A stretch of DNA of 64,000 nt from Eledone cirrhosa (Eukaryota). Below, one piece after another: positions 38,831 through 51,982 of this stretch; position 1 is the stretch's first letter, and each line of letters starts with the position of its first letter. A program made the translations under genes and the position numbers. The notes beneath the pieces were generated by a model. The model made no database searches, had not been told where the DNA came from, and saw only the letters and a program-made list of their open reading frames with translations. The DNA lies in contig OZ024740.1 in the NCBI GenBank assembly GCA_964016885.1, positions 257,176,001-257,240,000 on the forward strand, given 5' to 3'.

Positions 38831-39574
38831 TGTGAAACTGAGAGAGAGAGAGATGACTGAAGTCATAAACTGTAGATTTTTGGCCTCCGGGGATTATAGA
38901 TATATCAAACTCTTTGCCCATAGCTCTGAATATGATAAATTAGAGTGCGGTTTATTAACGGAAAGAATACATGTGTAGGCAGTCAACTCTAAGGGTAACA
39001 TGTGGCGAAAATAAAGATATATACGCACTGAAGGATCACATATGTTGTGTATCTTGTTACAGATGTATTAATATGGCTGACTGAGGCATTATGTATCTTG
39101 GGAAAATAATCTTACTCGGCGGGATAGTGACAGGTGTGAAATAGTATATGTCTATTTAGGAAATATCGGGAGTTGAACCTTGTTCTTGGGTTTCAAATTT
39201 ATTACACTCCTGATTGAAGCAATTTACCTTATCAAACGTTACTTAAGCCATTCTCTTTTCTAAAGGTTTGTTTCTTAGCCTGTCTGTTTTTGATAGTGTG
39301 AAAAGAAACGTTATGGTAGACTTAAATGTTTATCTCACAGATTAAAGAGAAAATTCACTAGGTATCACTGATGTAACCTTTACATATAATATTTCTACTT
39401 GTTTTCTATTCACGCATGCATGGTCCCGTAATTCCTGAGAGAATCATAGGGGCACTGTATTGACATACGATGTTTCTAGGCGTGATGAAGCCAATCTCCT
39501 CTACAGATCCGAATACAGCTGAATTCTTCCAGAGAGTGAAAGAATGGAAGTGAGAAAGAAATATAGAGGAAAAA

Positions 39575-39725
39575 TTGACCCCAGTACTAGACTGGTACAT
39601 TTTTAATCGACTTTTTATGGATGACAGGCAAAGTTGACCTCGGTCGGATGTCAATTGAGAGAGCAGAGAGCCGAAAGAAATATCGCAAAGTATTCTATCC
39701 GACGTTCTAAGAAATCTGAGAATTT
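39575..39725 (-). mobile_element. SINE copy (same family as 3321)
   Basis: CCCCAGTACTAGACTGGTAC..AATCGAC..GGATGACAGGCAAAGTTGACCTCGG. Confidence 0.8.
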
Positions 39726-39997
39726 ACGAATTATCCAGTAATTAGATTTATCAGAGCAACCAGAAATGATACCACTGGTTTCTTATATGAAACTGCAATC
39801 ACGCTGCTGCTCCGTCTAGAAAGGATTTTGGTTGATATATCAGCCTTGAAAATATCGTGGTCCACATGAAGATATAAATCAAGATGGTATCGCAGTGTAA
39901 TGATTGAGTTGATGAAAGAGTAAAAGTGCTTATAAACACACTAACACACACACACACACAGACACACACACACATATATAAATATATATGTATATAT

Positions 39998-40322
39998 ATT
40001 GTTATAGTTGGGGAGGGTCATAATGTTGTAATAATATTGCCAGAAATAATAACATAACACACTCATTGTATGGTTGGTTTTCGCTTCTGTATCTTTTATA
40101 TCTCCATAGTTAATTTATTAACTATGGAGATATAGACTATATATATTTATACCTGTATTTTTAACCGTTGGTCAATCAATGGTAAACATTGATTGCCAAA
40201 TAAATTAACTATGAAGATATAAAAGATACAGAAGCGAAAATCAACCAAACAGTCAGTGTGTTCTGTTATTATTTCTGGCAATATTATTACAACAATATGA
40301 GGCTCCCCAAGTATAACAATAT
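39998..40322. repeat. Fold-back module, arms 39998-40119 / 40199-40322 (family of 7306-7541)
   Basis: Inverted arms with central hairpin CAATCAATG-GTAAA-CATTGATTG. Confidence 0.85.
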
Positions 40323-40357
40323 TTGTTTCGACACACGATTTCATATCAAGACCTAGC

Positions 40358-40539
<182 letters not shown>

Positions 40540-40574
40540 TACATTCATAATTTTCAGCAAACAGGAGGAGAGCT

Positions 40575-40620
40575 AGGCTTTGATAAGTACCAACAGTACG
40601 AAACAGAGTTCTGTCAGCTT
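40575..40620 (+). ncRNA. Full type I hammerhead, U3:A8 variant, with extended stem I
   Basis: AGGCT-TTGATAA-GTAC/GTAC-GAAAC-AGAGTTCT-GTC-AGCTT. Stem I extends as TTTTCAGCAAACA..TGTTTACTGAAAA. Confidence 0.8.
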
Positions 40621-40757
40621 ATCTCCCATTGTTTACTGAAAATAGAAGTAAGTGACATAGTCACTACTTTAAAACAATAGCGTAAGGTCTTCAAAATGCT
40701 TTTAATTAAGCATACAGTATATATACAGTATATATATATAATATATACATTCATACG

Positions 40758-41172
40758 TGAAGACAAACATAGAATATTCGAAAATATTCTGTATGTTTAT
40801 AATAAACATTTTGAAGACCCAATCGCTATAGAATAGAATACGTCACGTATTACAATTTGAGATTCTCGATAAAAGCAAGGGAAGTAATCTACGCGTTTCA
40901 TTCTTATTAGAAATCATCAGGATTACATATCCAATGCTTTTATCGAGAACGACACAGCTAGAGACTTATAGAATACTTAGCTGTGTACAGGAACTGGTTT
41001 GAAAGAGCGGTAGCCTTTCTAATAAGAATGAAACGCGTAGATTACTTCCTTTGCTTTTATCGAGAATCTCAAATTGTAATACGTGACGTATTCTATTCTA
41101 TAGCGATTGGGTCTTCAAAATGTTTATTATAAACATACAGAATATTGTCGAATATTCTATGTTTGTCTTCAC
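40758..41172. mobile_element. Fold-back module, arms 40758-40913 / 41017-41172
   Basis: About 155-bp almost perfect inverted arms. The breakpoint falls inside the hammerhead. Confidence 0.92.
40884..40926 (-). ncRNA. Intact minimal type I hammerhead ribozyme
   Basis: Minus strand GTAATC-CTGATGA-TTTCT-AATA-AGAAT-GAAAC-GC-GTA-GATTAC: 6-bp stem I and ACGCGT palindrome. Confidence 0.88.
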
Positions 41173-41301
41173 ATATATATCGCTATTTCAGAGCAGTAAA
41201 TCCAAATTCATATATATATTTATAACGAATGAATTGTGGTAAGGAACCAGCTGGACCATAACACACCAAAGTACTCAATACTTAGTGTAGTGGAGTGGGT
41301 A

Positions 41302-41538
<237 letters not shown>

Positions 41539-41559
41539 AAGACTAAAATCCAAAGCTGC

Positions 41560-42290
41560 GATTCTTTGCTTAAACTTTAATCTGTTAATTTAATATATAT
41601 ATATATATACATATCTCCGAACATATGTCTATTTACATGTAGGTATAAGTGTGCGCGCGTTATATACGTATTTATTTATTTATATACGTTTATTTAATTA
41701 TATGTATAAACACACACGCACACATATATATATATATATATATACATTTTTTTAAAATATATTTTGTTGTGTATTTGGTATATACATTCGTATCTGTACG
41801 GGTACAGGCGTTGCGTGGGTTCTGTATGTGCGTGCGGGTTTTTTTTTGGTGTACGTGATTGTATTCGTATACCTACGGCGAGTCTTTTCGCGTATGCTTG
41901 TGTATGTACGTACATGGATGTGTGTATGTATTTATTTAATTTCAATTACCTCTGTATTTTATTTACTTTATTCTCAACTCTGAAGCCGAGAATCATTCGG
42001 TTTCCTAGTTAGAAATTTAGTACGACTTCAGTGATACCATTTACGTGGTTTTGTCTTTGCGTGTAATTGTTCTTACCGCTCCAAATAATGACGTATTATC
42101 TTCGTTTTTTTCCCGTTCTTTGCCAGGGAACGTTTCCATGAACCAAAGTATCGTCTTCCTGTCTTCCTCCGGTTGCAACGTTTTTTGAAATATTTACTTC
42201 TGCGGTCACAGATTGACTTTTTTAGTTTCAGAAGATCCCGTTAAGGGTGAAAGCACCGATTCTTTGCTTAAATTTTAATCTGTTATTTTA
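41560..42290 (+). repeat. About 700-bp module bounded by a short direct repeat
   Basis: GATTCTTTGCTTAAA.TTTAATCTGTTA at about 41560 and 42258. Degenerate CAGAAGA-TCCC..GGGT-GAAA precedes the second copy. Confidence 0.55.
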
Positions 42291-42356
42291 ATAAATATAT
42301 ATATAGAGAGATTTATATATATATATACATACAGATTTATATATATATATATATAT

Positions 42357-42504
<148 letters not shown>

Positions 42505-42632
42505 GAGCGATTAATGGCCGGCTTTGCCATATTCAAATATCTAACAAATAGTTTTATCGCTCTACATGGTTGAATACAAGCAATGTAAATCATATATTTC
42601 CACTAGCGCTGAGAGTTGGCAGGTAAGCAGTA

Positions 42633-42800
42633 TACGGTACTGATGAAGAGTAATCACCCAGAAAATTTAGCATCTGCAGTTCTGTTTATATGCCAACACA
42701 AGAACAAAAATGACGGGCTGATTCTACCCACATGCCTTAAAGAGGATATTTGCATAATTGAAAATGAATCGAATATTATTATTAATATTTGAAAAACTCA
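42633..42800 (+). ncRNA. Degenerate copy of the 18214 hammerhead module
   Basis: CTGATGAAGAGTAATCACCCAGAAAATTTAGCATCTGCAGTTCTGTTTA..TGCCAACACAAGA, matching 18222-18380. Confidence 0.6.
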
Positions 42801-43033
42801 GATGTAAATTTCGTATATATACATATGTGTGTGAGTGTGTGTGTGTGTGGTTGTGTGTGTGTGTGTGGTTGTGTGTGTGTGTGTGTTTCTGGTCACTGGG
42901 TAGACTGTGGCCACATGAAAGAATATGTCTTGCTCAAAAACACAAGGCCCTGCCTGAAATTGTACTTACGAACTTACAAGCCCGACACACACGCATACAA
43001 CCCCCCCCCCCACACACAGACACACACACACAC

Positions 43034-43066
<33 letters not shown>

Positions 43067-43139
43067 TTCATATTCCATTATTCCATTATATAATATAACA
43101 TCTCCATGTGTGAGATTTGGCGAAACTGTAATATTGAAT

Positions 43140-43158
43140 ATATACACACATACACACA

Positions 43159-43251
<93 letters not shown>

Positions 43252-43252
43252 A

Positions 43253-43288
<36 letters not shown>

Positions 43289-43331
43289 TACACACACACA
43301 CACACACACACACGCACCCCCCTCCACACAC

Positions 43332-43366
<35 letters not shown>

Positions 43367-43471
43367 GACACATACACACACACACACAGACACACACACA
43401 CACACACACAGACACAGACATACACCCCCCCCCCCCCACACGCACACCCCCACACACATACCCCCACACAC

Positions 43472-43548
<77 letters not shown>
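43140..43548. repeat. Long (CA)n compound microsatellite
   Basis: Directly visible. Confidence 0.97.
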
Positions 43549-43551
<3 letters not shown>

Positions 43552-43693
43552 CCACAGATAGTTTTGATAATAGATAGATGGAGAGCGAGCGTGAATGAGC
43601 TGGATGAATATATAGATACATAGATAGCTGTGTAGATAACATAGATTATAGACAGATATACAGACAGACATATAAACATAGATAAATAGATAT

Positions 43694-43768
<75 letters not shown>

Positions 43769-44281
43769 GAGTGGGTAAAGGAGAGATAGTCAAAGAAATA
43801 GAGCGAAGAGTAAGTGAGAAATAAAGAGAGAGCTAGAAGGAGAGAGGTGGGAGAGAGAGTTGGGCAGAGATAGAGATAGGGGAGAGAGAGAGAGATGGAG
43901 AGAGATGGAAAGAGAGGTGGTGAGAGATTAAGAGAGAAAGAGAGACCGATTGAGAGACAGAGGAAACATATTGAAATCTAATTAATTGCATGTTATCCAC
44001 CATCTTCTACAAAGATTCCTATCTGATCACACAGAGATTATCGATATGATTAGAATTAGTGACGAACTGCTAAATTCCAATATACTTCATACCGTGATAA
44101 TAATCTACGTACAGATCGAATCAGATTTACTTATTCCTTCTAATCAATTAATTAATACCATTTTCACCTTTTATTAGCAGGAAGGTTGGAGGGGCGCCTC
44201 TCGTTTTTTTTTCTACTTGCTTTTTCTTGATGATGTTGATATTTCAGCTGTACCTATGTGTCTTCATATATTTAACCCACG

Positions 44282-44285
<4 letters not shown>

Positions 44286-44338
<53 letters not shown>

Positions 44339-44361
44339 TTTTATTTTTTATTTTTTTTTTT

Positions 44362-44410
<49 letters not shown>
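44286..44410. repeat. (TAT)n and (AAT)n tracts in inverted arrangement
   Basis: Directly visible. Confidence 0.95.
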
Positions 44411-44604
44411 TATATAACAATAATATTGTTGTTATATTTACTGCTGTTGCTGTTATTGCTGTTATGTACAGTTAATTAATAGAGAATATGAATTAATTAA
44501 CGGGATAGTAACTCACAAAATACTTTGGTATTAATTATAATTTTTCAGCCTCACTTCTTATATTCTTCTTCTACATGTTGTTGCGGTGGTTGTGGTGATT
44601 AATG

Positions 44605-44690
44605 TTGTGAGGTATTTCGTTGTTTGTGTGGCATTTCGTTGTTGTTGTGTGGTACTTCGTTGTTGTTGTGTGGTATTTCGTTGGTGTGGT
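44605..44690. repeat. About 21-bp minisatellite GTGGTATTTCGTTGTTGTTGT, about 4 copies
   Basis: Directly visible. Confidence 0.85.
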
Positions 44691-44734
44691 ATATATATAT
44701 ATATATATATATATATACCACACCATGTGTATGC

Positions 44735-44838
<104 letters not shown>

Positions 44839-45298
44839 GCATATACACACACACACATAAATATATATTTATTCATTTATATTTATACGTATATATGCAT
44901 ATGTATATATATATATATATGTATGTGTATGTGTATGTGTGTGTGTTTATGATAAAGGAATGTTGTTACAATATATTATTGATTTAGGTCTAAATTTTCT
45001 CCATCTGATGGATCTGATTATGGCAACACTTTCACAACAAATGCTAGGTAATGAATATTTTCACATATACACACACACACGCTCACATACACTCACATAC
45101 ACTCACACACATATACACGCACATACGCATACACACAGACATACACACATACACACACACAAGAATTCCTTCCTGGTGTACATAAACAAAACCTTATTTA
45201 CCTTCACACACACATATCTAATACCAGGATAAATTTTCATTTAGTCCAGAATTGGCCGTCGAAACGGCTTGAGCTCAGCCGTCGGGGTCTTACTGGTT

Positions 45299-45366
<68 letters not shown>

Positions 45367-45449
45367 TTATTTAAGCAAAACAAGACCACAAAATTCACAA
45401 GGAAGACGTTAGTTAAAGAGTGTCAACATAGTTGCAGTTTAATGTAAGG

Positions 45450-45640
45450 AATAATAATAATTGTTTCTACTTTTGGCACAAGGCCACCAATTATCCCAGT
45501 GCATTACTGGTACTTTATTTTATCGACTCCGTAAGGATGAAAGGCAAAGTTAACCTCGGCGGGGTGTGAACTCAGAATGGCAAGGGCCGTAACTCCATGC
45601 ATCAAAGCATGGCGTCCGGCCCTCTACCGATACTGCCAAT
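45450..45640 (-). mobile_element. SINE copy
   Basis: Reverse complement of the 53400-53580 SINE. Confidence 0.88.
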
Positions 45641-47940
45641 AATAATGTCCGTTTACAATTGTTTCCCTAGTCCATATAATGTTTCTGGATGTAACACCTT
45701 CACGAATCTCTCTTCTCCTCTCCCATCTCCATCTCTCTCTTTAAGATTGGTTTACTCGAGAACTGTGTGTGTATATATATATATATGCATAATTAGTTAA
45801 TAAGTAGAGAGAATTACGGTAAACACAAACAGAAATTTTATTCGGAGATGGGTCGCGAGATCGGTGTTACTCTTACGACAGACCATCTTCAAATAACAAA
45901 CTCATCAATGCTAAGCAATGTGGGTTTCGTAGGCGCAACCAAGGCTAAGGAGGTTGTGTGGTGGCGACATAAATTCTACTGTTCAAAGATACTGCTATGC
46001 CATTAATGAGAACCAAACGGTCAGCTGCCTCGAAAGTTAGGGTTACTACATCATATGTGAATATTCCCTGGGCAAATCCATCAAAGTCTGACAGTGACGA
46101 ATATCTGATTGAAGAAGATATGTTCTATGGACGTCAAGAAGGTTATACAAAGTTATAAAAATTAAAAAAATGTAATGAAATTTGGGTTGAATTTCGTGTT
46201 AAATAAATAAAAATAAATTATGAAAAATATATAAAGAAGAAAATGATGAAGAGTTAATATAAATATAAATATAAACATATATTAATTATAATCTTAGTGT
46301 CAGTGTTTCGTTGAAATAATTGATTAAGGGTAAGTAATATAATTCACACTTACATGTGTGTTTTTGTATTGTGAAAGAAAAGACAAGAAATGTAGTTTGG
46401 CGTTCGCTAGAGACTGACGTAATGACTCTTCTCATCCCTGCAAGGTAAACAAAATGATATACCAGTACTGACTATATTTATATATTGAAGACAGGCAAAT
46501 TGATTAATTAATTAATTCCAAGAACTCAAGGAATGAAACATATTTTGGCGCCTTGTATTGAACCAATACTAATTTCTAATTTTTGCTCTGTATGTTAAAT
46601 AAGTTTAAACAGCTCATAAACATAACAGGAATTCTATAAGAATCCAGCTTCTATAGCTCTAGGCAGAAGCGAAGGGGTATGTAGTCTTGACAACCACTTA
46701 CAAGTGAAAAACCATGACCGTCGATTACACCCCTTTGCTTTTGCTGAGACTATGTATGTGACGTTAGTTACAACCTTAAAATTCATAGCGAATGGACTAC
46801 AAAATGTTTTTAAACAAACATACAGTATATTATTAAATATACTATACGTATATTCATTTAAATAATTATATTAAAATTAAATTAAATCATTAGCTAGTAT
46901 TGGGTTTTATGGGTCGTCAAATAATAGATTCTATAAGTAATATAATATAATTATATACAATATGATAAAATATGAAAATATAGAGAACTAAGGTGTAGAT
47001 TAATGGTAGATTTCATATTTTGTAGTATGTATGTCCCTGTGTAGTTATTATGATAGAAGAGAACTATATCGAATATTAGGTGGTGAGAAAATTTCACGGG
47101 GTGGATAATTAAATATATAATTAATGGATGGTAAATAAGTAAACGAGGTTGTTAAATGCAATTAAGGTTTGATAATAATTGATATCCTTTTTTAGAGCTA
47201 TTGGAACGGGGGACCGTAATGAGACGTGGTAGTAGAAAATAGTATCACGTATGAAATATACAATAGCATGTAAGTTAAGGTGAACACAAGTTATATTAGA
47301 AAAATAAAACATAATAAATCTGGAAATCCGATGCAATGAAACAAAATAAAATAAAATAAAATGAAATAAAAAATGAAATCGAATATGTAATGTAAGGCCT
47401 GAGTTGCAGCTTACAATATAAATAAGTGAAAAACACTCAAATATAAAGGTAAAATCTCAGTCAGTACGAAATATAGAAGGTCAACTAGAACCATGAGGAA
47501 TCATGCGGGTGCATCATACAATTCAGAGAGTCCGTCAGAAATCATGATGGTCCATATGGGTTTATGTAACATTGTACAGTGCTTTGAGGTAGACTAGTCT
47601 TGGCAAATAGCCCCGGTCTAGGGTGGTACTCATCCCATATTGGTGTCGTGGTCTCTGTCCTCCATTACATTAGAGTGCTCAACAGTAAAAGGAGTTGTAT
47701 TCATTTGTGTTTTGTGGATCACCAATGGATAGAATTAGTCATTCCATTTATTTAGCATGATGTAAAAGTATGTAAAGCACTCTACGCTATGCAACTCATC
47801 CATCGTTGATTTTGCATCGCATGGCTGGTGCAGGAGTTAAACATTGAATATTGATTTGATTAAAATAACAGGAGACCGGACTGGTGATATACCTTTAAAC
47901 ATTTATTGTTGTAAAAAACGATATATATATATATATATAT

Positions 47941-48512
47941 GAAAAATATGGGGAGAAGAATACTGCATGGTTGCACATGGATTACATATTATAAAATTAG
48001 TCCCTCATCAGTGATTTGCCAACGATCATTGCTATTTCATCGCATTAAAAATCATATACCCCACGTTGGTGCGAGCAATAACTAAAATAAGCTATTGGGA
48101 CAAGTGAAACGCGTAAAGCGAGTGAGACAAGTAAACAACATCGAAGAAAGGCTAACCGAAGATGGGAAGAAAACAAGCAACATGGTTATTCGATCAGCGT
48201 AAGCTGGGTGAATTCATGAGCGCTTAGCAAACAGACCTTTCGCTGTGAATGGGATGTGAGAAAGAAATATCCGACTCCTAGCGAACGGGAGGAAGTGAGA
48301 AGGGGAGAAACAGAGAGTGAGTGAGTTGGAAGTGCGAGGAAGAGGTCAGTCGAGAGAAAGTGTTAACTGACAGAGGGGACGAAAGAAGGTAAGAGAAACA
48401 GAGAGTACGAGGGAGCAGTAAGAGAGAAAGAGAGAAACAGAAAATCGCAGTTTAGGTAAATATATGAAAAATATGGGGAGAAGAATACTGCATGGTTGCA
48501 CATGGATTACAT
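47941..48512 (-). mobile_element. Family F1 monomer with 47-bp exact terminal direct repeat (period 525 bp)
   Basis: GAAAAATATGGGGAGAAGAATACTGCATGGTTGCACATGGATTACAT at 47941 and 48466. CAATAACTAAAATAAG.TATTGGG is shared with 30817-30841. Confidence 0.78.
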
Positions 48513-48989
48513 TATTTTAATAATACATTTTAATAAATTCCTTTTCGCACATCTTATTAAACCACTCAATATATAAACCTTAAATAAATAGTATTCTTAA
48601 TTCCTTTTTCTTTAATCAAAAGCATCACAATTCATAAACCTCATTAACTTTTAATTTCTTAATTTTTTTAAATTATGTATTATCTTACAACGATTTTTTT
48701 TTAAATTTTTCTCTGTGAGACTGTTTCTCAGTATTAAAGATTATCTCTCTCTCTCACTCATTTTCTCCTCCCCTCTCATCCTTCCTTCTTATACTCCTCC
48801 TCCGCGATCCTTTCCTTATTATTATATTTTTTTCTTCTATCTATATTTTTTCTTCCTCATCCTTACCTTTTCTTTCCCCTTTCCTTTCCTTTTGTCCAAT
48901 CTCATATATCCCTCTTATTTTATTTTTCATATGTTGATTTAACACTTCACTGCTCGCAAGTGTTTTTTAAGCTTCAAATCATGTCTCCC

Positions 48990-49060
48990 TATTTTATCTG
49001 ATGAGAACGCAAATATCATCCCATGATGATATTTGTTTTTGAAATGCGCATAATAAAATA
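48990..49060 (+). ncRNA. Intact type I hammerhead ribozyme
   Basis: Stem I TATTTTAT/ATAAAATA, CTGATGA 48998-49004, stem II GCAAATATCATC/GATGATATTTGT, GAAAT-GCGC-ATA (ATGCGCAT palindrome), AUA cleavage after 49052. Confidence 0.88.
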
Positions 49061-49090
49061 CATGGAACTCTTTTAACCATCTTTTGTTTT

Positions 49091-49125
<35 letters not shown>

Positions 49126-49130
<5 letters not shown>

Positions 49131-49175
49131 CATTGGCCTGGTTACGTAAGATCCCGGTGACATCATCAGGTTCAA
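49126..49175 (-). ncRNA. Hammerhead truncated at GAAAT by (TA)n
   Basis: Minus strand CTGATGA-TGTCACCGG..CCAGGCCAAT-GAAATATATA. Confidence 0.45.
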
Positions 49176-49441
49176 ATTGCATAATTAGTTAATGAATAAA
49201 GGGAATTATGGTAAAACATATAGTTTTTTTGCAACTTTAACATTGTAAAGGGATATCACCAGTGTGCTTTTCCTACTATTACATAATGGTTAAATAAACG
49301 GAATGACCAAATATATCCATTCGTATCATTGTATGCCTGTGTGAAGTAGAATAATATCAATGTATATGCATGTAAATGTAATTGCATTCACATATTTCAT
49401 TGTGTGTTTGGCATCACTGGCACAGGTGCATACATACATAT

Positions 49442-49490
<49 letters not shown>

Positions 49491-49494
<4 letters not shown>

Positions 49495-49547
49495 GTAAGT
49501 ATGTATGTATACGTACATACATATATGTATACAGACGTACAGTAGCA

Positions 49548-49635
<88 letters not shown>

Positions 49636-50077
49636 TATACATATATATACATACAGGTACACATACATATATGCACGCATCAGTTTAGCGGACGATTGCC
49701 GCTTTGTTCGTTTGTCAACAAACTGAACAACCTGAATTTATGCCATACGGTGTTAAGGCAACCACGTCACCTTTTTGTTCAACACTGACACAGGAACGAT
49801 GTACTAGTTTCAAGCTTGTTAGCTATCATCAGCACCGTTTACCCATCTGCCAGATAGTTGAACGTTCGAAAGTATATACTTTCCTTATGAAAATTAACGG
49901 CTGAGCAGCCTAATTTGCATATTGAGTGAGTTAAATCGGTCAGGCATACCGAAAACGATAAGTTGAAAAAAAATGAAAACGAAATTTCATTTCTCACTCT
50001 TAGTATGGCACTTACTTAAATGTAAGTATGTATGTATACGTACATACATATATGTATACAGACGTACAGTAGCATGC

Positions 50078-50110
<33 letters not shown>

Positions 50111-50861
50111 TATACATATATATATACATACAGGTACACATACATATATGCACGCATCAGTTTAGCGGACGATTGCCGCTTTGTTCGTTTGTCAACAAAC
50201 TGAACAGCCTGAATTTATGCCATACGGTGTTAAGGCAACCACGTCACCTTTTTGTTCAACACTGACACAGGAACGATGTACTAGTTTCAAGCTTGTTAGC
50301 TATCATCAGCACCGTTTACCCATCTGCCAGTATACATACATACTTACATTTAAGTAAGTGCCATACTAAGAGTGAGAAATGAAATTTCGTTTTCATTTTT
50401 TTCAACTTATCGTTTTCGGTATGCCTGACCGATTTAACTCACTCAATATGCGAATTAGGCTGCTCAGCCGTTAATTTTCATAAGGAAAGTATATACTTTC
50501 GAACGTTCAACTATCTGGCAGATGGGTAAACGGTGCTGATGATAGCTAACAAGCTTGAAACTAGTACATCGTTCCTGTGTCAGTGTTGAACAAAAAGGTG
50601 ACGTGGTTGCCTTAACACCGTATGGCATAAATTCAGGCTGTTCAGTTTGTTGACAAACGAACAAAGCGGCAATCGTCCGCTAAACTGATGCGTGCATATA
50701 TGTATGTGTACCTGTATGTATATATTTGTATATATATATATATATATGCATGCTACTGTACGTCTGTATACATATATGTATGTACGTATACATACATACT
50801 TACATTTAAGTAAGTGCCATACTAAGAGTGAGAAATGAAATTTCGTTTTCATTTTTTTCAA

Positions 50862-50865
<4 letters not shown>
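49491..50865. repeat. Young tandem-plus-inverted array of a roughly 470-530 bp non-coding monomer
   Basis: Monomer 49491-50017, partial second copy 50018-50330, then reverse-complement copy 50331-50865. The identical 66-aa spurious ORF appears at 49704 (+) and 50464 (-). Confidence 0.95.
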
Positions 50866-50934
<69 letters not shown>

Positions 50935-51000
50935 ATATGTATATATATATATATATGTATGTATATATATATATATGTATATATGTATATATATATGTAC

Positions 51001-51066
<66 letters not shown>

Positions 51067-51112
51067 TTATATATATATATTTAGATAGATATATAGAGAG
51101 AGAGAGAGAGAG

Positions 51113-51437
51113 AAAAAAAAGATGAAATCGAAAATGCAACTGGAGTCTTATTTTAAAAAATATATATATATTTAAAAAAATATATATATATTTATTTGGT
51201 TCCAGTTCTTCTGCTTTTCAAAAGTAGAGTTGATATGGAGGGTCAATGGCTTTTCTCACATGTGAGAAAAACCACAGACCCTCCATCTCAACATGTGAGA
51301 AAAACCACAGTCCCTCCATCTCAACTCTACTTTTGAAAAGCCGAAGAACTGCGAAACCGGTAAAGGAACAAAATGAATAAATATATTTTTTTTAAAATAA
51401 GACTCCAGTTGCATTTTCGATTTCATCTTTTTTTCTT
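51113..51437. mobile_element. Spacerless fold-back centred at 51260/51261 carrying a hammerhead
   Basis: TTTTCTCACA|TGTGAGAAAA centre; arms end AAAGATGAAATCGAAAATGCAACTGGAGTCTTA and its reverse complement. Homologous to 19905-20040. Confidence 0.88.
51330..51365 (+). ncRNA. Minimal hammerhead, U3:A8 variant
   Basis: CTT-TTGAAAA-GC..GC-GAAAC-CG-GTA-AAG. The mirror arm supplies the GCAG that pairs with CTGC in stem II. Confidence 0.6.
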
Positions 51438-51512
51438 TATACATTCACACGTGTAGGATACCTCGGTTATTTTTCATTTTGTAAAAAAACCTCATTTTCT
51501 AATATATATATA

Positions 51513-51944
51513 TAGGGTTATGTATGTGTTGCAAGATTCTTGATGTGATAACTTGTGTTGAAACCGATATTGTTATATGTAAGAACTTAAGTATGATAAA
51601 AGCCCACCAGTGCGTCAGTCCTTAATGTGGATAGGATCATTATTTCTATGTGCGGTGTATTGGCAGTATCGGTAGCGGGTCGGACGCCATGCTTTCCATC
51701 ATAGTTACTTCCCTTTACGGTCTGAGTTCAAATCCCGGCGAGGTTAACTTTGCCTTTCATCCTTACGGGGTTGATAAAATAAAGTACCAGTAATGCACTG
51801 GTTATTTGCTGGCATTGTGCCAAAAGTAGTAACAATTATGTCTATGTTAACAATTGAGCACTCGGGTTCTTGTTTGGCATGTTGGTATAGCAATATCGGT
51901 TTCAACACAAGATATCACATAGAGAATCTTGCAACACATACATA

Positions 51945-51950
<6 letters not shown>
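51513..51950. repeat. Fold-back (arms about 51513-51575 / 51886-51950) with a SINE in the spacer
   Basis: TAGGGTTATGTATGTGTTGCAAGATTCT..TTGTGTTGAAACCGATATTG and its reverse complement. Confidence 0.82.
51660..51840 (+). mobile_element. SINE copy
   Basis: TGGCAGTATCGGTAG head, B-box-like GAGTTCAAATCCC, GGCATTGTGCCAAAAGTAG tail. Confidence 0.88.

Positions 51951-51974
<24 letters not shown>

Positions 51975-51982
<8 letters not shown>

Noticed and set aside
44605-44690. Regularly spaced repeats resembling a CRISPR array
   Set aside because: No unique spacers; simple minisatellite in eukaryotic DNA.
49704-49904. 66-aa ORF present twice identically
   Set aside because: Identity is due to the recent inverted duplication. 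Non-ATG start and no recognisable domain.
51655-51740. tRNA gene suggested by A/B-box-like motifs
   Set aside because: No cloverleaf; it is the head of a multi-copy SINE.
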